64,000 nucleotides of DNA from an uncultured Verrucomicrobiae bacterium (GCA_963836755.1 CAWIKF010000002.1:960001-1024000), one strand, 5' to 3'. Positions 29,677 to 39,758 are shown, numbered from the stretch's first letter. The notes: generated by a model not told the origin, from the sequence alone. A program made the numbers and translations.

Positions 29677-31068
29677 TTATGAGTTGGAACTTTCGTGAAA
29701 GAACGTGTGATAACTCTTTCCATCGATAAATCTTTGCAAGTAGGTAGCGGCTTCCCGCGCATGATAATCACCCCACATGCTAGACTCACCGCAAGGAATT
29801 TTCTGGTCCGCCGGTATATAATCCCAGCCGTTCGGCCGATGATAGATGGAGTGAAGGATCAAGCCTTGATGATTTTCGTCCGTGCTGAGGTAAGGATCAT
29901 CGAAAAGAGAATTTAGAACAGTCAATCCGGCTTGAAAGTAGCGTTTTCCATTCGTCTGCTCTCCATGTTGATCAAGATAGTGCCCAAGTCGCAGGAGACC
30001 TTGAGCCGCTATGGCTGCGGCCGAGCTATCCACCGGTTCGTAGTCATTGTAAGGTTCTGCGGGAAGATCCAGATAGTTTCCCAACCTATGAAGAGATGGA
30101 GCGCCAGTGTCCCAATAAGGAATGCCATCTGCGGGAGTATGTTCGAGATAGAAATTGCAAGAGGCCAGAGCGGGTTTTAGCAGCATCGCTTCGATTTTTT
30201 CGCGGCCGCCGAATTCGTCCAACTCCGCGTCCTTCAAGTCGGCGATGAACTCAAGTTCTTCAGCGTAGCCGCACATGATCCATGCCAGGCCTCTAGTCCA
30301 TGTGCTGAAAGGGGAGTAGCCTTGTTGTGAGTTTGGCGCGCGATAGCTTCCATCATTCGGATTGAACAGGCTTTCATGCGCGACTCTGCCGCGGAGATCG
30401 TAGTAATCACGAGCTTCTCCATAGTAGACTGCGAAGTCTGCTGTAGTCCGCGCATGCTCCAACAAGCGTCGTAACAGCGAGATTTTAGCATCCTTTTCTC
30501 CCATGAGCAGATGGCCTAGCTTGTGCGAAAGAGCGAGTGATCGAAGTGAGCGAATAGTATCCGCGAACAAAGATTGCGGTCCGTTGAAGGAATAGATGTA
30601 ACCTTCTCCGTTTGAGATCTTCGTCCAGCGGGTTGCCTGCACGGCGCCAGAGCACTTTAACGCCAGTTCGTAGCAGTTCCGCTGCCACTCGTTTTCGGGG
30701 ATGCGGCCTTCGTTCATCATGCGCCATAGGTTGCCATAGGTGCTGACGTTGTTGAAGCCATGGTCGTGCACGCCGACGTGGGTGAGATGATGCGCCATCC
30801 GCGTGATGGTGCGGTCGCGTCCCAGCTTTAGAAAAGCCTCGTCGCCCGTGGCTTCGAATTGCAGGAGCGCTGAGCCGTAGACAAAGCCTTGTGTCCATTC
30901 GGTCCAGCCGCGTGCCGTATATTTTCCCTCCACGGTATACACAGGTGTCGCTTGTCCAGGCTTATCGGTCTTATCGATGGAGAGTATCTTCGGAGCGGAT
31001 ACTTCCCAGAGCCGGCGAATTTTTTTTGCCAGGTCACCAGGTTGTAGTGCGAAATCGATCTTGATCAT
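29677..31068 (-). CDS. GH88-like unsaturated glucuronyl hydrolase
   Basis: WTQGF, HDHGF, WTRGLAW, IPYWD, DSSAAAI, WGDY. Confidence 0.75.
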   Translation of the reverse strand: MIKIDFALQPGDLAKKIRRLWEVSAPKILSIDKTDKPGQATPVYTVEGKYTARGWTEWTQGFVYGSALLQFEATGDEAFLKLGRDRTITRMAHHLTHVGVHDHGFNNVSTYGNLWRMMNEGRIPENEWQRNCYELALKCSGAVQATRWTKISNGEGYIYSFNGPQSLFADTIRSLRSLALSHKLGHLLMGEKDAKISLLRRLLEHARTTADFAVYYGEARDYYDLRGRVAHESLFNPNDGSYRAPNSQQGYSPFSTWTRGLAWIMCGYAEELEFIADLKDAELDEFGGREKIEAMLLKPALASCNFYLEHTPADGIPYWDTGAPSLHRLGNYLDLPAEPYNDYEPVDSSAAAIAAQGLLRLGHYLDQHGEQTNGKRYFQAGLTVLNSLFDDPYLSTDENHQGLILHSIYHRPNGWDYIPADQKIPCGESSMWGDYHAREAATYLQRFIDGKSYHTFFHESSNS

Positions 31069-31076
31069 GAGACCAG

Positions 31077-31868
31077 CTATAAACTGCGGAGGTGAAAGCC
31101 TCCGTCGATGTTAATGATGTCGCCGGTAGAAAAAGGAAAGTGTCCGGAGATGATGGCTTCGACAGCCTTGCTGAGATCATCAGGAGCGCCCCAGCGTCTC
31201 TGCGGGACCAACCCGGCCTTTATCAACGCATCGTATTTATCTTTGACGCCGGAAGTCATATCGGTGGCCATGATGCCCGGACGCAGTTCCATGACTTGAA
31301 TGCCTTCCGCCGCGAGCCTGTTCGCCCATAGCTGTGTTGCCATGGCGAGGCCTGCCTTTGAGATACAATATTCGCCGCGGTTGAGCGATGGGACTGCCGC
31401 GGAGAGCGATGAGACAAAGATGAGCTTGTAGCCAGCCGGGAGTAGACTTTGACCCGGATGTTTCAGCCAATGGCGCGCGACGAGTTGGGAAAGGAAGTAA
31501 GGTCCTTTCAAGTTCACATCGATGACTTCATCGAAGACCGTTTCGTTCGCTTCCGTAATATCGGCGCGCTCGCGAGGGGCAATGCCGGCGTTGTTGATGA
31601 GCGCGTCGATGCGGCCGAGCGCGGCGAGCGTTTTTTTAAAAACCTCGCGCCGCCCTTCGTCAGTGCCGATGTTGCCGGAAACTGTGGGAAAACGCTGCGC
31701 AGTATCGATCGCCTGCCCGGCACACGCAGCTGCAGTTTCCTCGGCAGCTTTTTCATTGGAAGCAAAGTGGATGGCGACGCTGATGCCGAGCCGCGCGAGA
31801 CCTTCCGCGATGCCGCGTCCCAAACCCCGGCTCGCGCCTGTGACCAATGCGACACTCTCCGGTTTCAT
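31077..31868 (-). CDS. Short-chain dehydrogenase/reductase
   Basis: TGASRGLG, NNAG, YCISK. Confidence 0.9.
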   Translation of the reverse strand: MKPESVALVTGASRGLGRGIAEGLARLGISVAIHFASNEKAAEETAAACAGQAIDTAQRFPTVSGNIGTDEGRREVFKKTLAALGRIDALINNAGIAPRERADITEANETVFDEVIDVNLKGPYFLSQLVARHWLKHPGQSLLPAGYKLIFVSSLSAAVPSLNRGEYCISKAGLAMATQLWANRLAAEGIQVMELRPGIMATDMTSGVKDKYDALIKAGLVPQRRWGAPDDLSKAVEAIISGHFPFSTGDIINIDGGFHLRSL

Positions 31869-31993
31869 TGCGGCGATGAAGATTTACGAAAGCTTGAAAG
31901 ACCGAAGTAGTATGCCACGGGGAGGCGCATCATGCCCGGACGCCTTTTTATTTCAAGAAAATTAGACCGCGCGCAGAGTTATGGCGTCAAGGT

Positions 31994-33247
31994 TCAAGCG
32001 GTCATGCGCCCGAGGACGATGCAGGAGTTAATCCCGCCAAAGCCGAACGCATTGCTCATGATGTAGTTGAGCCGTTGTGTGCGTCCGTAATTTGGCACGA
32101 CATCGAGGTCGCACGCCGGATCCGCGTTTTTCCAATGCAACGTCGGCGGGATGAAATCGTGCTCCAACGCCAGCGCGCAAAGCACCGCCTCGATTGCGCC
32201 GGTCGCTCCGAGCGGATGCGCGGTGTAGGCCTTTGTGCCGCTGATTGCGAGCCGGCTCGAGCAGCCATTGAAGACTTCCTTGATGCATGCGCACTCGTTT
32301 GAATCATTCAGCTGCGTCGAGCTCGCGTGCGCGTTGATGTAATCGATTTGCTCCGGCGCGAGCTGCGCGTCGGCGAGCGTGTCACGCATGCATTGCGCGA
32401 CTGCCTCTCCGCTCGGGAGCGGCGAAGTCATGTGATACGCCTCATTGTTTAACGCGTAGCCGAGCACCTCGGCGTAAATGTGCGCGCCGCGTTTTAGCGC
32501 ATGTTCGAGTTCCTCGACAACCAAACTCGCGGCGCCTTCCCCCATCACGAACCCGTCGCGCGCCGCATCGAACGGACGGCACGCGCAGCCCGGTTCATCG
32601 CCCGAGTAGCGGCTCATCGTCTTGATGAAATCAAACGCGCGGTATGTCAGCGGGCTCAGCGGCGCCTCGGCCGCGCCGGCGACCATCACATCCGCCATCC
32701 CATCGCGAATGTAACGCAGCGCTTCGCCGACCGACACCGTGCCGCTCGCGCAGGAGTTGGAATTCGTCGTGCCGGTGCCGCGAAAGCCGCACTCGATCGC
32801 AATATTCGAATGCGCCGAACCTCCGAAAACTTGCAACGCCAGGGTTGGATTCACACCGCGCGCGCCTTTTTTTAAAAAACTTTGATGCTCGGCCTCGGCG
32901 TTTGCGATTCCGCCGAGCGCCGTTCCGAAACTGACGCCAATCCTTTGCTGAGGCTGTTCGCGGGACCATGGCAGCTTCGCGTCCTCCAGCGCAAAGAGCG
33001 CCGATGCGACCGAAAATTGCGCGTAACGATCGAGCCGCTTCAACCGATGCGGAGGGAAAATCTGCGTTGGATCCCAATCGCGAATTTCCCCGCCGCAACG
33101 CGCTTTCAACTCGCTCGTGTCAAAACCCGTGATGCGCGAGATGCCACTTTTTTGCGCCAAGATTCCGCGCCAAAACGCATCTTTACCGATGCCGATGCAC
33201 GTGATCGGGCCGAGGCCGGTGATGACTGCTCGGCGTTTAGCGGCCAT
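31994..33247 (-). CDS. Beta-ketoacyl-ACP synthase II-like ketosynthase
   Basis: Cys (NSCASG), His (INAHASST), His (TAHPLGA) triad; SNAFGFGG. Confidence 0.9.
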   Translation of the reverse strand: MAAKRRAVITGLGPITCIGIGKDAFWRGILAQKSGISRITGFDTSELKARCGGEIRDWDPTQIFPPHRLKRLDRYAQFSVASALFALEDAKLPWSREQPQQRIGVSFGTALGGIANAEAEHQSFLKKGARGVNPTLALQVFGGSAHSNIAIECGFRGTGTTNSNSCASGTVSVGEALRYIRDGMADVMVAGAAEAPLSPLTYRAFDFIKTMSRYSGDEPGCACRPFDAARDGFVMGEGAASLVVEELEHALKRGAHIYAEVLGYALNNEAYHMTSPLPSGEAVAQCMRDTLADAQLAPEQIDYINAHASSTQLNDSNECACIKEVFNGCSSRLAISGTKAYTAHPLGATGAIEAVLCALALEHDFIPPTLHWKNADPACDLDVVPNYGRTQRLNYIMSNAFGFGGINSCIVLGRMTA

Positions 33248-33677
33248 TTTCGAGATGCGCTTTCATGCAGCGCAGCGTCTCGGCCGCGACGTGATGGATG
33301 AAAAAATCGCCGATGATTTTGTCCGCGATGGGAGCCAGAAACGGCAGGCGAAACTTTAGGTCGTGCAGGATTTCAACCAGCACGCCGTCTGGCGTATCGG
33401 TAAAAGTCCAGACCACGTCCATTCCTTTTGTAAAAGCTCGCAGATGATGAAATCGCACTTCGAGTTTTACGTGGTCGATGACCTGCTCGGATGTCCACGC
33501 GATCGGAATCCCAGAACGCGTCGCCGCCATTTTCACAAGGTTCCGATTCGGTCCGCGCTCATAATAATGGATGTAACGATAGTGCGGAAGAATCTCCGGC
33601 CAGCGCGCGAGGTCCGCCGCCGTCTCGAAGATCTGCTGCTTCGGCGCGCGAATGAGAATGGAATTTCCGGTGTGCAT
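33237..33677 (-). CDS. SRPBCC/START-fold polyketide cyclase/dehydrase-like protein
   Basis: IRAP...AADLARWPEILPH, WTS, GMDVVWTF; overlaps the ketosynthase start; start set to ATG 33677. Confidence 0.8.
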   Translation of the reverse strand: MHTGNSILIRAPKQQIFETAADLARWPEILPHYRYIHYYERGPNRNLVKMAATRSGIPIAWTSEQVIDHVKLEVRFHHLRAFTKGMDVVWTFTDTPDGVLVEILHDLKFRLPFLAPIADKIIGDFFIHHVAAETLRCMKAHLENGR

Positions 33678-33824
33678 GAAAGTGTTAACGGGTTGTGGTA
33701 AGGCGACGCGGGGCCGGACTCTCGCGCATGCTCCACGTGCGCGCAAACATTGGGGTCAACTCCCGATATTTTAGGCATGCGAAATTTATTGCTTTCATAA
33801 AATCGGCGTCAGAACATTTCGCAC

Positions 33825-34250
33825 ATGGATGTTCAACTTTCCGCCCTGTGCGATTCCGCAGTCGATTATGCCGGCAAACTTATTGTCATCGGCACTTTCG
33901 ACACCATTTCCGCTCCGCAACTTCCGTTCGCGCTCGCGTCGTGCTCCGTCGCGCTGCGCCTGGTTTTTCGCGAGGGAAGTGAGAAAAAAGAGCAGCACTC
34001 GCTGCGCGTCGATCTCGCTGATGAAGCCGGAAACTTTGTCGTCCAGCCGCTCGAGGGCACGTTCGAAATGAAGCTCGAGCCCGGCACGCCGTTCATCTCG
34101 AACAACTTTGTCTTCAACTTTTTCCGCATTCAGTTTGAGCGCGCCGGGATGTATGACTTTCACGTCACGATCGACGGCCGCAAACGCGCGAGCCTGCCGC
34201 TGCGCGTGATGCATCGCACGCAGGAAACTGCCGCCGCGCCGAAACTTTAG
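33825..34250 (+). CDS. Conserved hypothetical protein (DUF6941-like)
   Basis: LCDSA..GKLIVIGTFDTI, F..AGMYDF beta-sandwich pattern. Confidence 0.65.
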   Translation: MDVQLSALCDSAVDYAGKLIVIGTFDTISAPQLPFALASCSVALRLVFREGSEKKEQHSLRVDLADEAGNFVVQPLEGTFEMKLEPGTPFISNNFVFNFFRIQFERAGMYDFHVTIDGRKRASLPLRVMHRTQETAAAPKL

Positions 34251-34984
34251 ACGCGATTTTTCGCGCGCCGGACACGGTAGCGCAGGAAACATTCGTCCCC
34301 TTCGATTTTCATTTCCGCGAGATCGCATGCGATCGTGCGCGGAAGAAAATCGTGCGGAATTCCTGTAAGCGTTGGTGCATTCTCGCCACCGAAAAGTCGG
34401 GGGCAGATCGTAAGATTGATCTCGTCGACAAAGCCGCGCTCGAGCAGCGAGCGGAGCAACATCGGCCCGCCCTCGCAAACAATTCGGTTAATTTTGTAAA
34501 CGCTGCGCAAGTCGCGGAGCATCGCTTCGAGATCGACGCTTTGCGCGTCATCCAAATGCAGAATCGTCGATGACTCCAGTGCGCGCCGTGTGCGCGTGGG
34601 CATTCGCTTCGTGGAATAAATCAGGACCGGCGCGACGTCGTGTTGAAAAACTTTCAGCGCAGTTTTGATGCAGCCGGAATTGCTGACGATGACGCGCAGC
34701 GGCCATTCCGTCTGCTTCCGCCGGACGCGCGCGGCGCGCAGATCGGCGGCCGGCAATCCCATCGACATATTTTCCTTTTCCAGCGTTCCTTTGCCGACGA
34801 GCACCGCGTCGCCGCTCGCGCGGATTTCCAGCAGCCGGCGCTTGTCGCGCGGCGATGAAAAATCGGACGGCGTGAAATTTCGCGTCGAAATTTTGCCGTC
34901 AAATGTCTGCGCAAAATTGACGCTGACAAACGGCCGCGGAAACTTTGACGCCGAAGCCTCTGTCTTCGGAATGCGTTTACCCAT
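34247..34984 (-). CDS. RibD C-terminal / dihydrofolate reductase-like protein
   Basis: RPFVSVNFAQTFDGKI, DAVLVG, CEGG, VDEINLTICP; start set to ATG 34984. Confidence 0.85.
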   Translation of the reverse strand: MGKRIPKTEASASKFPRPFVSVNFAQTFDGKISTRNFTPSDFSSPRDKRRLLEIRASGDAVLVGKGTLEKENMSMGLPAADLRAARVRRKQTEWPLRVIVSNSGCIKTALKVFQHDVAPVLIYSTKRMPTRTRRALESSTILHLDDAQSVDLEAMLRDLRSVYKINRIVCEGGPMLLRSLLERGFVDEINLTICPRLFGGENAPTLTGIPHDFLPRTIACDLAEMKIEGDECFLRYRVRRAKNRV

Positions 34985-34995
34985 GCGACCCGCGA

Positions 34996-36087
34996 TCAAT
35001 CCGACTCGGCGATCTGGTGCTCGATCGCGTGCACTTCCTTCTCGATTTCGCTGAGATTCGCGTGCTCGCTCGGCCGATAGAAAAGATAAATCACGCCGCC
35101 GATCACGCCCCAGAAAAGGATCAGCACGAAACCGGTGAGCGAGATCGCGACGGACTGGCCGGGATTGATGCCGCACAGTTCGTTCAACAATGTCTGGAAC
35201 ATTCCTTCGCGCGGGCCGGTGCCGCCGACGCTGATCGGCAGCGACGAAAGCGTGTTGATGATCGGCATCACCGAAGCGAGATCCCAAAACGAAACGGCCG
35301 CAGCGAGCGAGCGCGCGGCGCAAAAGAAAACTGTGAATGACGCCATATGCACGCCGAAGGAAAGGAAGATCGCGGCGACCGACGATTTCCACGCGCGTGC
35401 GTAGGCGTTGTAGGCGAGCGCGAGATCGACAAAAATGTCGCGTTTTGGAAAATGCTGCGGAAGCTTTTGGACAAGTCCAAAACCGGTGATGATGAAGGAA
35501 GTGGCGATGCCGAGAACGCTCGCGCCGAGCACCACGAGCAAAATATAAAGCAGCTTTGTGGTGTCGGGGATTTGCCCGAGCCAATTTTTCATGTCCGCCG
35601 GCGAGAAAAGCCACGAGGCGGAAAAGTGTGGAATCGGCTGGCCCTGCGTGAGCCAATCCCAGCGCCAGATGATCAAGGCGCTCGCGACAAAGATCAGCCC
35701 GACCAGGCCGATGAGGCGGTCGATCAGCGCGGCCAGCACGGCCTGCGGTTTTTTGCCCGGCGTTTCTTTCAACAGGTAATAGATTTTGACGACATCGCCG
35801 CCGGTGCCGCCGGGCATGAATTGATTGAAGAAAATCCCGATCATGAGCAGCCCGCAAAGCCGGAAGGAACTGACGTGCACGCCTTGCACGCGGAGCAAAA
35901 TCTGCCATCGCGCGGCGGCGAGAAGCTCGACGAGCCCATAAGCCGCGATGCCGGCGACAAGCCATGCGATGCTCGCGTTTTTGACGGAATTCCACATTTG
36001 GTCGCGCTTCGTTTTGTCGTGAAAGATCCAGATCAAAATGCCGACCGTGACGACGACCTGGAGCGTGGTGAGAATGATCTTTTTCAT
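34996..36087 (-). CDS. Lysylphosphatidylglycerol synthase TM-domain (flippase-like) membrane protein
   Basis: RWQILL, FFNQFMPGGTGGD, DRLIGL, LPISVGGTGPRE. Confidence 0.85.
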   Translation of the reverse strand: MKKIILTTLQVVVTVGILIWIFHDKTKRDQMWNSVKNASIAWLVAGIAAYGLVELLAAARWQILLRVQGVHVSSFRLCGLLMIGIFFNQFMPGGTGGDVVKIYYLLKETPGKKPQAVLAALIDRLIGLVGLIFVASALIIWRWDWLTQGQPIPHFSASWLFSPADMKNWLGQIPDTTKLLYILLVVLGASVLGIATSFIITGFGLVQKLPQHFPKRDIFVDLALAYNAYARAWKSSVAAIFLSFGVHMASFTVFFCAARSLAAAVSFWDLASVMPIINTLSSLPISVGGTGPREGMFQTLLNELCGINPGQSVAISLTGFVLILFWGVIGGVIYLFYRPSEHANLSEIEKEVHAIEHQIAESD

Positions 36088-36998
36088 TCGCCGAACCGCT
36101 CTTTCCACTTGTTTAGCGACGTGCGAATTTCGTCGGCTTTGCGGCGGGGACTCATCTCCCAGACAAACAAACAGTTTTTCGGCGTGAGGGGAACGAGTTT
36201 GTCGTAATCGATCGTGCCGGTGAACGGTGCGCGATGGTCATTCGCAGGCCATTCGACATCGTGCAAATGTGCGCCGAGCATGCGCGGGCTGATGTAGCCG
36301 AGCCATTGCGCGTGGTCGGCGAAGCCGAGATTTTCCTTCACTTGGATGTGGCCGAAATCGTGCCAGTAGCCGAAAACTTCAGGCGCGTTCAGTTCGTCGA
36401 GCAAAGGCGCGAGCTCGTTTTCATTGGGAATTTCCTCGTAGCCGAAACGCCCCTCGATGCCGAGTTTGATTCTTTTTCCCGCGGCGTGCTCGGCGACTCG
36501 CAGCAGACATTCCTTTGCGCGGCGCACGTAGAACGGCCCTTTTTTTTCGCGCTCCTTCACGGCCTTGATTTTCATTTTCACGTATTCGCGCGAAAGATGT
36601 TTGCCTTCCTGCGCGAGAGTGATGAGTGGATCGCTGATGGGAGCCATCGGCACACGGCCGAGATGCATGACCACGAGCGGCGCGCCGAGTCGTGCGGCAA
36701 AATCGATCGTTTGCAGCGTGAGCTTGATCGCGCGCTCGCGCTCCGGCTCGCGATGCGAGGAAAATTCGTAGCAATCGGGCGCGGAATGCGTGATCTCGAT
36801 CGGCAGCGGACAGAAATTGTGCAGGCTCGAAAATTGCAATTTACCGTCGTCGTAAAAGCGTTGCGCGCCTTCCATGAGCGAGAGCCGGATGCCATGCCCG
36901 AGCTCGACGCGCTCGAATCCGAGGTCGAGAATTTCCTGCAGCATTGTGTCGCCCTGCGTGTGGCGGCCGGAATTCCAACAAGTTGAGCAGGAGAGCAT
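36084..36998 (-). CDS. Sugar phosphate isomerase/epimerase TIM-barrel protein
   Basis: SLHNFCP, LGIE, HDFGH, HLHD, WEMSP. Confidence 0.8.
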   Translation of the reverse strand: MLSCSTCWNSGRHTQGDTMLQEILDLGFERVELGHGIRLSLMEGAQRFYDDGKLQFSSLHNFCPLPIEITHSAPDCYEFSSHREPERERAIKLTLQTIDFAARLGAPLVVMHLGRVPMAPISDPLITLAQEGKHLSREYVKMKIKAVKEREKKGPFYVRRAKECLLRVAEHAAGKRIKLGIEGRFGYEEIPNENELAPLLDELNAPEVFGYWHDFGHIQVKENLGFADHAQWLGYISPRMLGAHLHDVEWPANDHRAPFTGTIDYDKLVPLTPKNCLFVWEMSPRRKADEIRTSLNKWKERFGE

Positions 36999-37074
36999 GC
37001 GGGCGGCCGAAAAAATTAAACGGCCATGCGCAAAGCTTTCAGCGGAAAGCCAGCCATCTGCAATCGGCGAAACT

Positions 37075-39645
37075 CTATCGCGCCCACGTGATCAGCCGCA
37101 ACTCGTGCCCCTGCGAGAGCGCTGGATGCGTGGGAATGACGCGGACGTTGAAGCCGTAGGCGCCGCTTTCACCGGCGGGAATGGCGCCGCGATAAATGTA
37201 ATCGCCGTTGCTGAGTTTCTCGCCGTTTTCCAGATCCGCGACCGTCGCCTTCGAGATCGTGCTGTCGCTGGTTTCGCCGAAATACGCCTGCACGCGGACA
37301 AATTTCGGATTGATCTTGCCGAGATGCACGTGCGCGGTGATCGGCAGCGAATCGCCCACGAGCACGCTCGTGCGATCCGCCATCGGATTCTGCACCTGCG
37401 TGATGCGAATCGCGGGCCAGACCTCGCGCATCTCATTTTTCCATTTGCTGATATCTGCGGCCTTTGCCGCCTTGTCGCCCGCCAGTTCCGTCTGGCGCGC
37501 CGCGGCCGGTTCGTAAAGTCGCTCGGCGTATTCCTTCACCATGCGATGAGTGTTGAACACAGGTGTAACGCTGCGGATCGATTCTCGCATGAGCTGCAGC
37601 CACGCGATCGGCAGCCGGCCATCCGGCTTCGCATAATAAAGAGGCACCACCTGCGTCTCGAGCGCGTGGAAAAGGCTCGCGCTATCGACCTCGTTTTGGA
37701 ACTCGACTGACAAGTCCGGGTCCAGCGGATCGAGGATTTCCGCGCCGATCGCCCAGCCGTTTTTGCCGTTGAACCCTTCGCACCACCAGCCGTCGAGCAC
37801 GCTCAGGTTCAGTCCACCGTTGGGCGGGAGTTTCATTCCGCTCGTGCCGCTGGCTTCGAGCGGACGGATTGGATTGTTTAACCAAAGGTCAACACCCTGC
37901 GTGAGCCGCCGCGCGATGTAGGTATCGTAATCCTCGACGAAAACGATGCGGTTCTCGAACTCGGGCTCGCGCGAAATTTTGTAAACTTCCTGGATGAACT
38001 TTTTGCCGCCTTCGTCCTTCGGATGCGCCTTGCCGGCAAAAATGAACTGCACCGGCTGGTTTGGATTTTTCAAAATCCGCCGCAGCCGCTCGATGTCGGA
38101 AAAAAGAAGATTGCCGCGCTTGTAGGTCGCAAAGCGGCGTGCGAAGCCGATCGTCAGGATTTCCGGGTCGAGCAGCCGGTTCGCCTTGCGGATATTTTCT
38201 GGCGACTCGCCGAGCCGCTCGCGCTGGCGTCGCGCGCGCTCGCGAACAAAGTTGATCAGCCGCGCCTTGAGCATCTGGTGCGTTTCCCAGAGCGCCTCGT
38301 CGGGAATGTCGATGACGCCGCGCCAGAAATCCTCGTCGAGCAAATTTTCCTCCCAATCGCCCATGTATTTTTCGTAAAGCGCGGAAAATTCCGGCGCCAT
38401 CCAGGTCTTCGTGTGGACGCCGTTCGTGATGCTCGTGATCGGCACTTCCTCCTGCGGCACACCGCTCCAGACATCTTTCCACAAGCCGCGGCTTACTGCG
38501 CCATGCAGCTCGCTCACGCCATTCGCGTGGCGGCTCGTGCGCAAAGCGAGGATCGTCATGCTGAAGGCCTCGGCGGGATTTACGCTCGTCTGGCCGAAGC
38601 CGAAAAATCGATCGAAATCGATGCCGACCTGCTCGGGATATTTTCCAAAATACATGCGCATCAGCTCGCGCGGGAACGCGTCGTTTCCGGCCGGAACCGG
38701 CGTGTGCGTCGTGAAAATATTGCCCGCGGCGACGAGCTGTAGTGCGCTGTAAAAATCGAGCTTCTGCTCCGCGACATATCGCCGGATCAACTCCAGCGAA
38801 AGGAAGGCCGCGTGTCCTTCATTCATGTGATAGACCTGCGGGTCTATGCCCATTTCGCGCAGCGCCCGAGCGCCGCCGATGCCGAGCACGATCTCTTGCC
38901 GGATGCGCATTTCCAAGTCGCCGCCGTAAAGATGCGCGGTGATCAAGCGGTCTTCGGCACTGTTCTCCGGCACGTCCGTGTCGAGCATGTAAAGATTGAT
39001 GCGGCCGATCGCGAGCTGCCACACTTTCGCCGAAACGTTGCGCCCGAGCAGATCGACGGTCACGAGCAGCGGCTTTTCGGCCACGCGCACTTCTGTGATC
39101 GGCAGATGATGGAAATTTTGATTCAGCGAAACGCTTTCCTGAACGCCGTCTTTATTAACCTGCTGGCGGAAATATCCGTGCCGATAAAGCAGCGTCACTG
39201 CGGAAAAATTCAGATCAAGGTCGCTCGCCGATTTGCAATGATCGCCGGACAAAATGCCGAGACCGCCGGAATAATTTGGCACGCTTTCATGAAAGCCGAA
39301 TTCCGCGGAGAAGTAGGCGACGGGCCGTTTCAGCGGACTTTCCTTGCGCATTTTCCCGTAGGTGTCCGGGCGAGCCATGTAGTCTTTGAATTTCTGGTGC
39401 ACCGCGCGCAGCTCACGCACGAAATCCTCATCGCGCGCCACTTCGAGCAGGCGCGCCTGCCGCGAAAGCTGCAGCATCCGCAGCGGATTGTGGTTCGTGC
39501 GATTCCAAAGATCGGGATCGAGATGGCGAAAAACTTTTCGCGCGGCCGGCTCCCACGTCCACCAAAGATTGTAAACAATCTCGCGCAACGGCTCGAGCTC
39601 TGCCGGCAGTTTTGGGACGACGTTGTAAGTAAATAATGGCTGCAT
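37075..39645 (-). CDS. glgP: Alpha-glucan phosphorylase
   Basis: YSGGLGILSGD, NEGH, ARRFATYKR, EASGTSGMK; AAGGAG SD upstream. Confidence 0.96.
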   Translation of the reverse strand: MQPLFTYNVVPKLPAELEPLREIVYNLWWTWEPAARKVFRHLDPDLWNRTNHNPLRMLQLSRQARLLEVARDEDFVRELRAVHQKFKDYMARPDTYGKMRKESPLKRPVAYFSAEFGFHESVPNYSGGLGILSGDHCKSASDLDLNFSAVTLLYRHGYFRQQVNKDGVQESVSLNQNFHHLPITEVRVAEKPLLVTVDLLGRNVSAKVWQLAIGRINLYMLDTDVPENSAEDRLITAHLYGGDLEMRIRQEIVLGIGGARALREMGIDPQVYHMNEGHAAFLSLELIRRYVAEQKLDFYSALQLVAAGNIFTTHTPVPAGNDAFPRELMRMYFGKYPEQVGIDFDRFFGFGQTSVNPAEAFSMTILALRTSRHANGVSELHGAVSRGLWKDVWSGVPQEEVPITSITNGVHTKTWMAPEFSALYEKYMGDWEENLLDEDFWRGVIDIPDEALWETHQMLKARLINFVRERARRQRERLGESPENIRKANRLLDPEILTIGFARRFATYKRGNLLFSDIERLRRILKNPNQPVQFIFAGKAHPKDEGGKKFIQEVYKISREPEFENRIVFVEDYDTYIARRLTQGVDLWLNNPIRPLEASGTSGMKLPPNGGLNLSVLDGWWCEGFNGKNGWAIGAEILDPLDPDLSVEFQNEVDSASLFHALETQVVPLYYAKPDGRLPIAWLQLMRESIRSVTPVFNTHRMVKEYAERLYEPAAARQTELAGDKAAKAADISKWKNEMREVWPAIRITQVQNPMADRTSVLVGDSLPITAHVHLGKINPKFVRVQAYFGETSDSTISKATVADLENGEKLSNGDYIYRGAIPAGESGAYGFNVRVIPTHPALSQGHELRLITWAR

Positions 39646-39685
39646 GGTTCTCCTTTTTTTTCGGTTTGCCGGGGGAGAAATGTGA

Positions 39686-39713
39686 AAGCTATCGGGCGCA
39701 AACCACGTGGCAA
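39686..39713 (-). promoter_or_regulatory. Candidate glgP promoter
   Basis: TTGCCA-16 bp-TAGCTT on the minus strand, about 40 nt before the ATG. Confidence 0.4.
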
Positions 39714-39758
39714 GACAAATGCCGCCGCCAACGTCGCGTCATTATTTGCCGCTAAAAA

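Noticed and set aside
26050..31990. Integrative element or prophage
   Set aside because: No integrase, transposase, att repeats or phage genes; only a compositional shift.
33778..33823. TGCGAAAT...ATTTCGCA inverted repeat as an operator
   Set aside because: Only 8 bp with a 30-bp spacer, and no regulator nearby; may be chance.
34985..35995. 582-aa ORF 34247-35995 as a large RibD fusion
   Set aside because: The N-terminal part is an off-frame shadow of the flippase-like gene; the real protein starts at ATG 34984.
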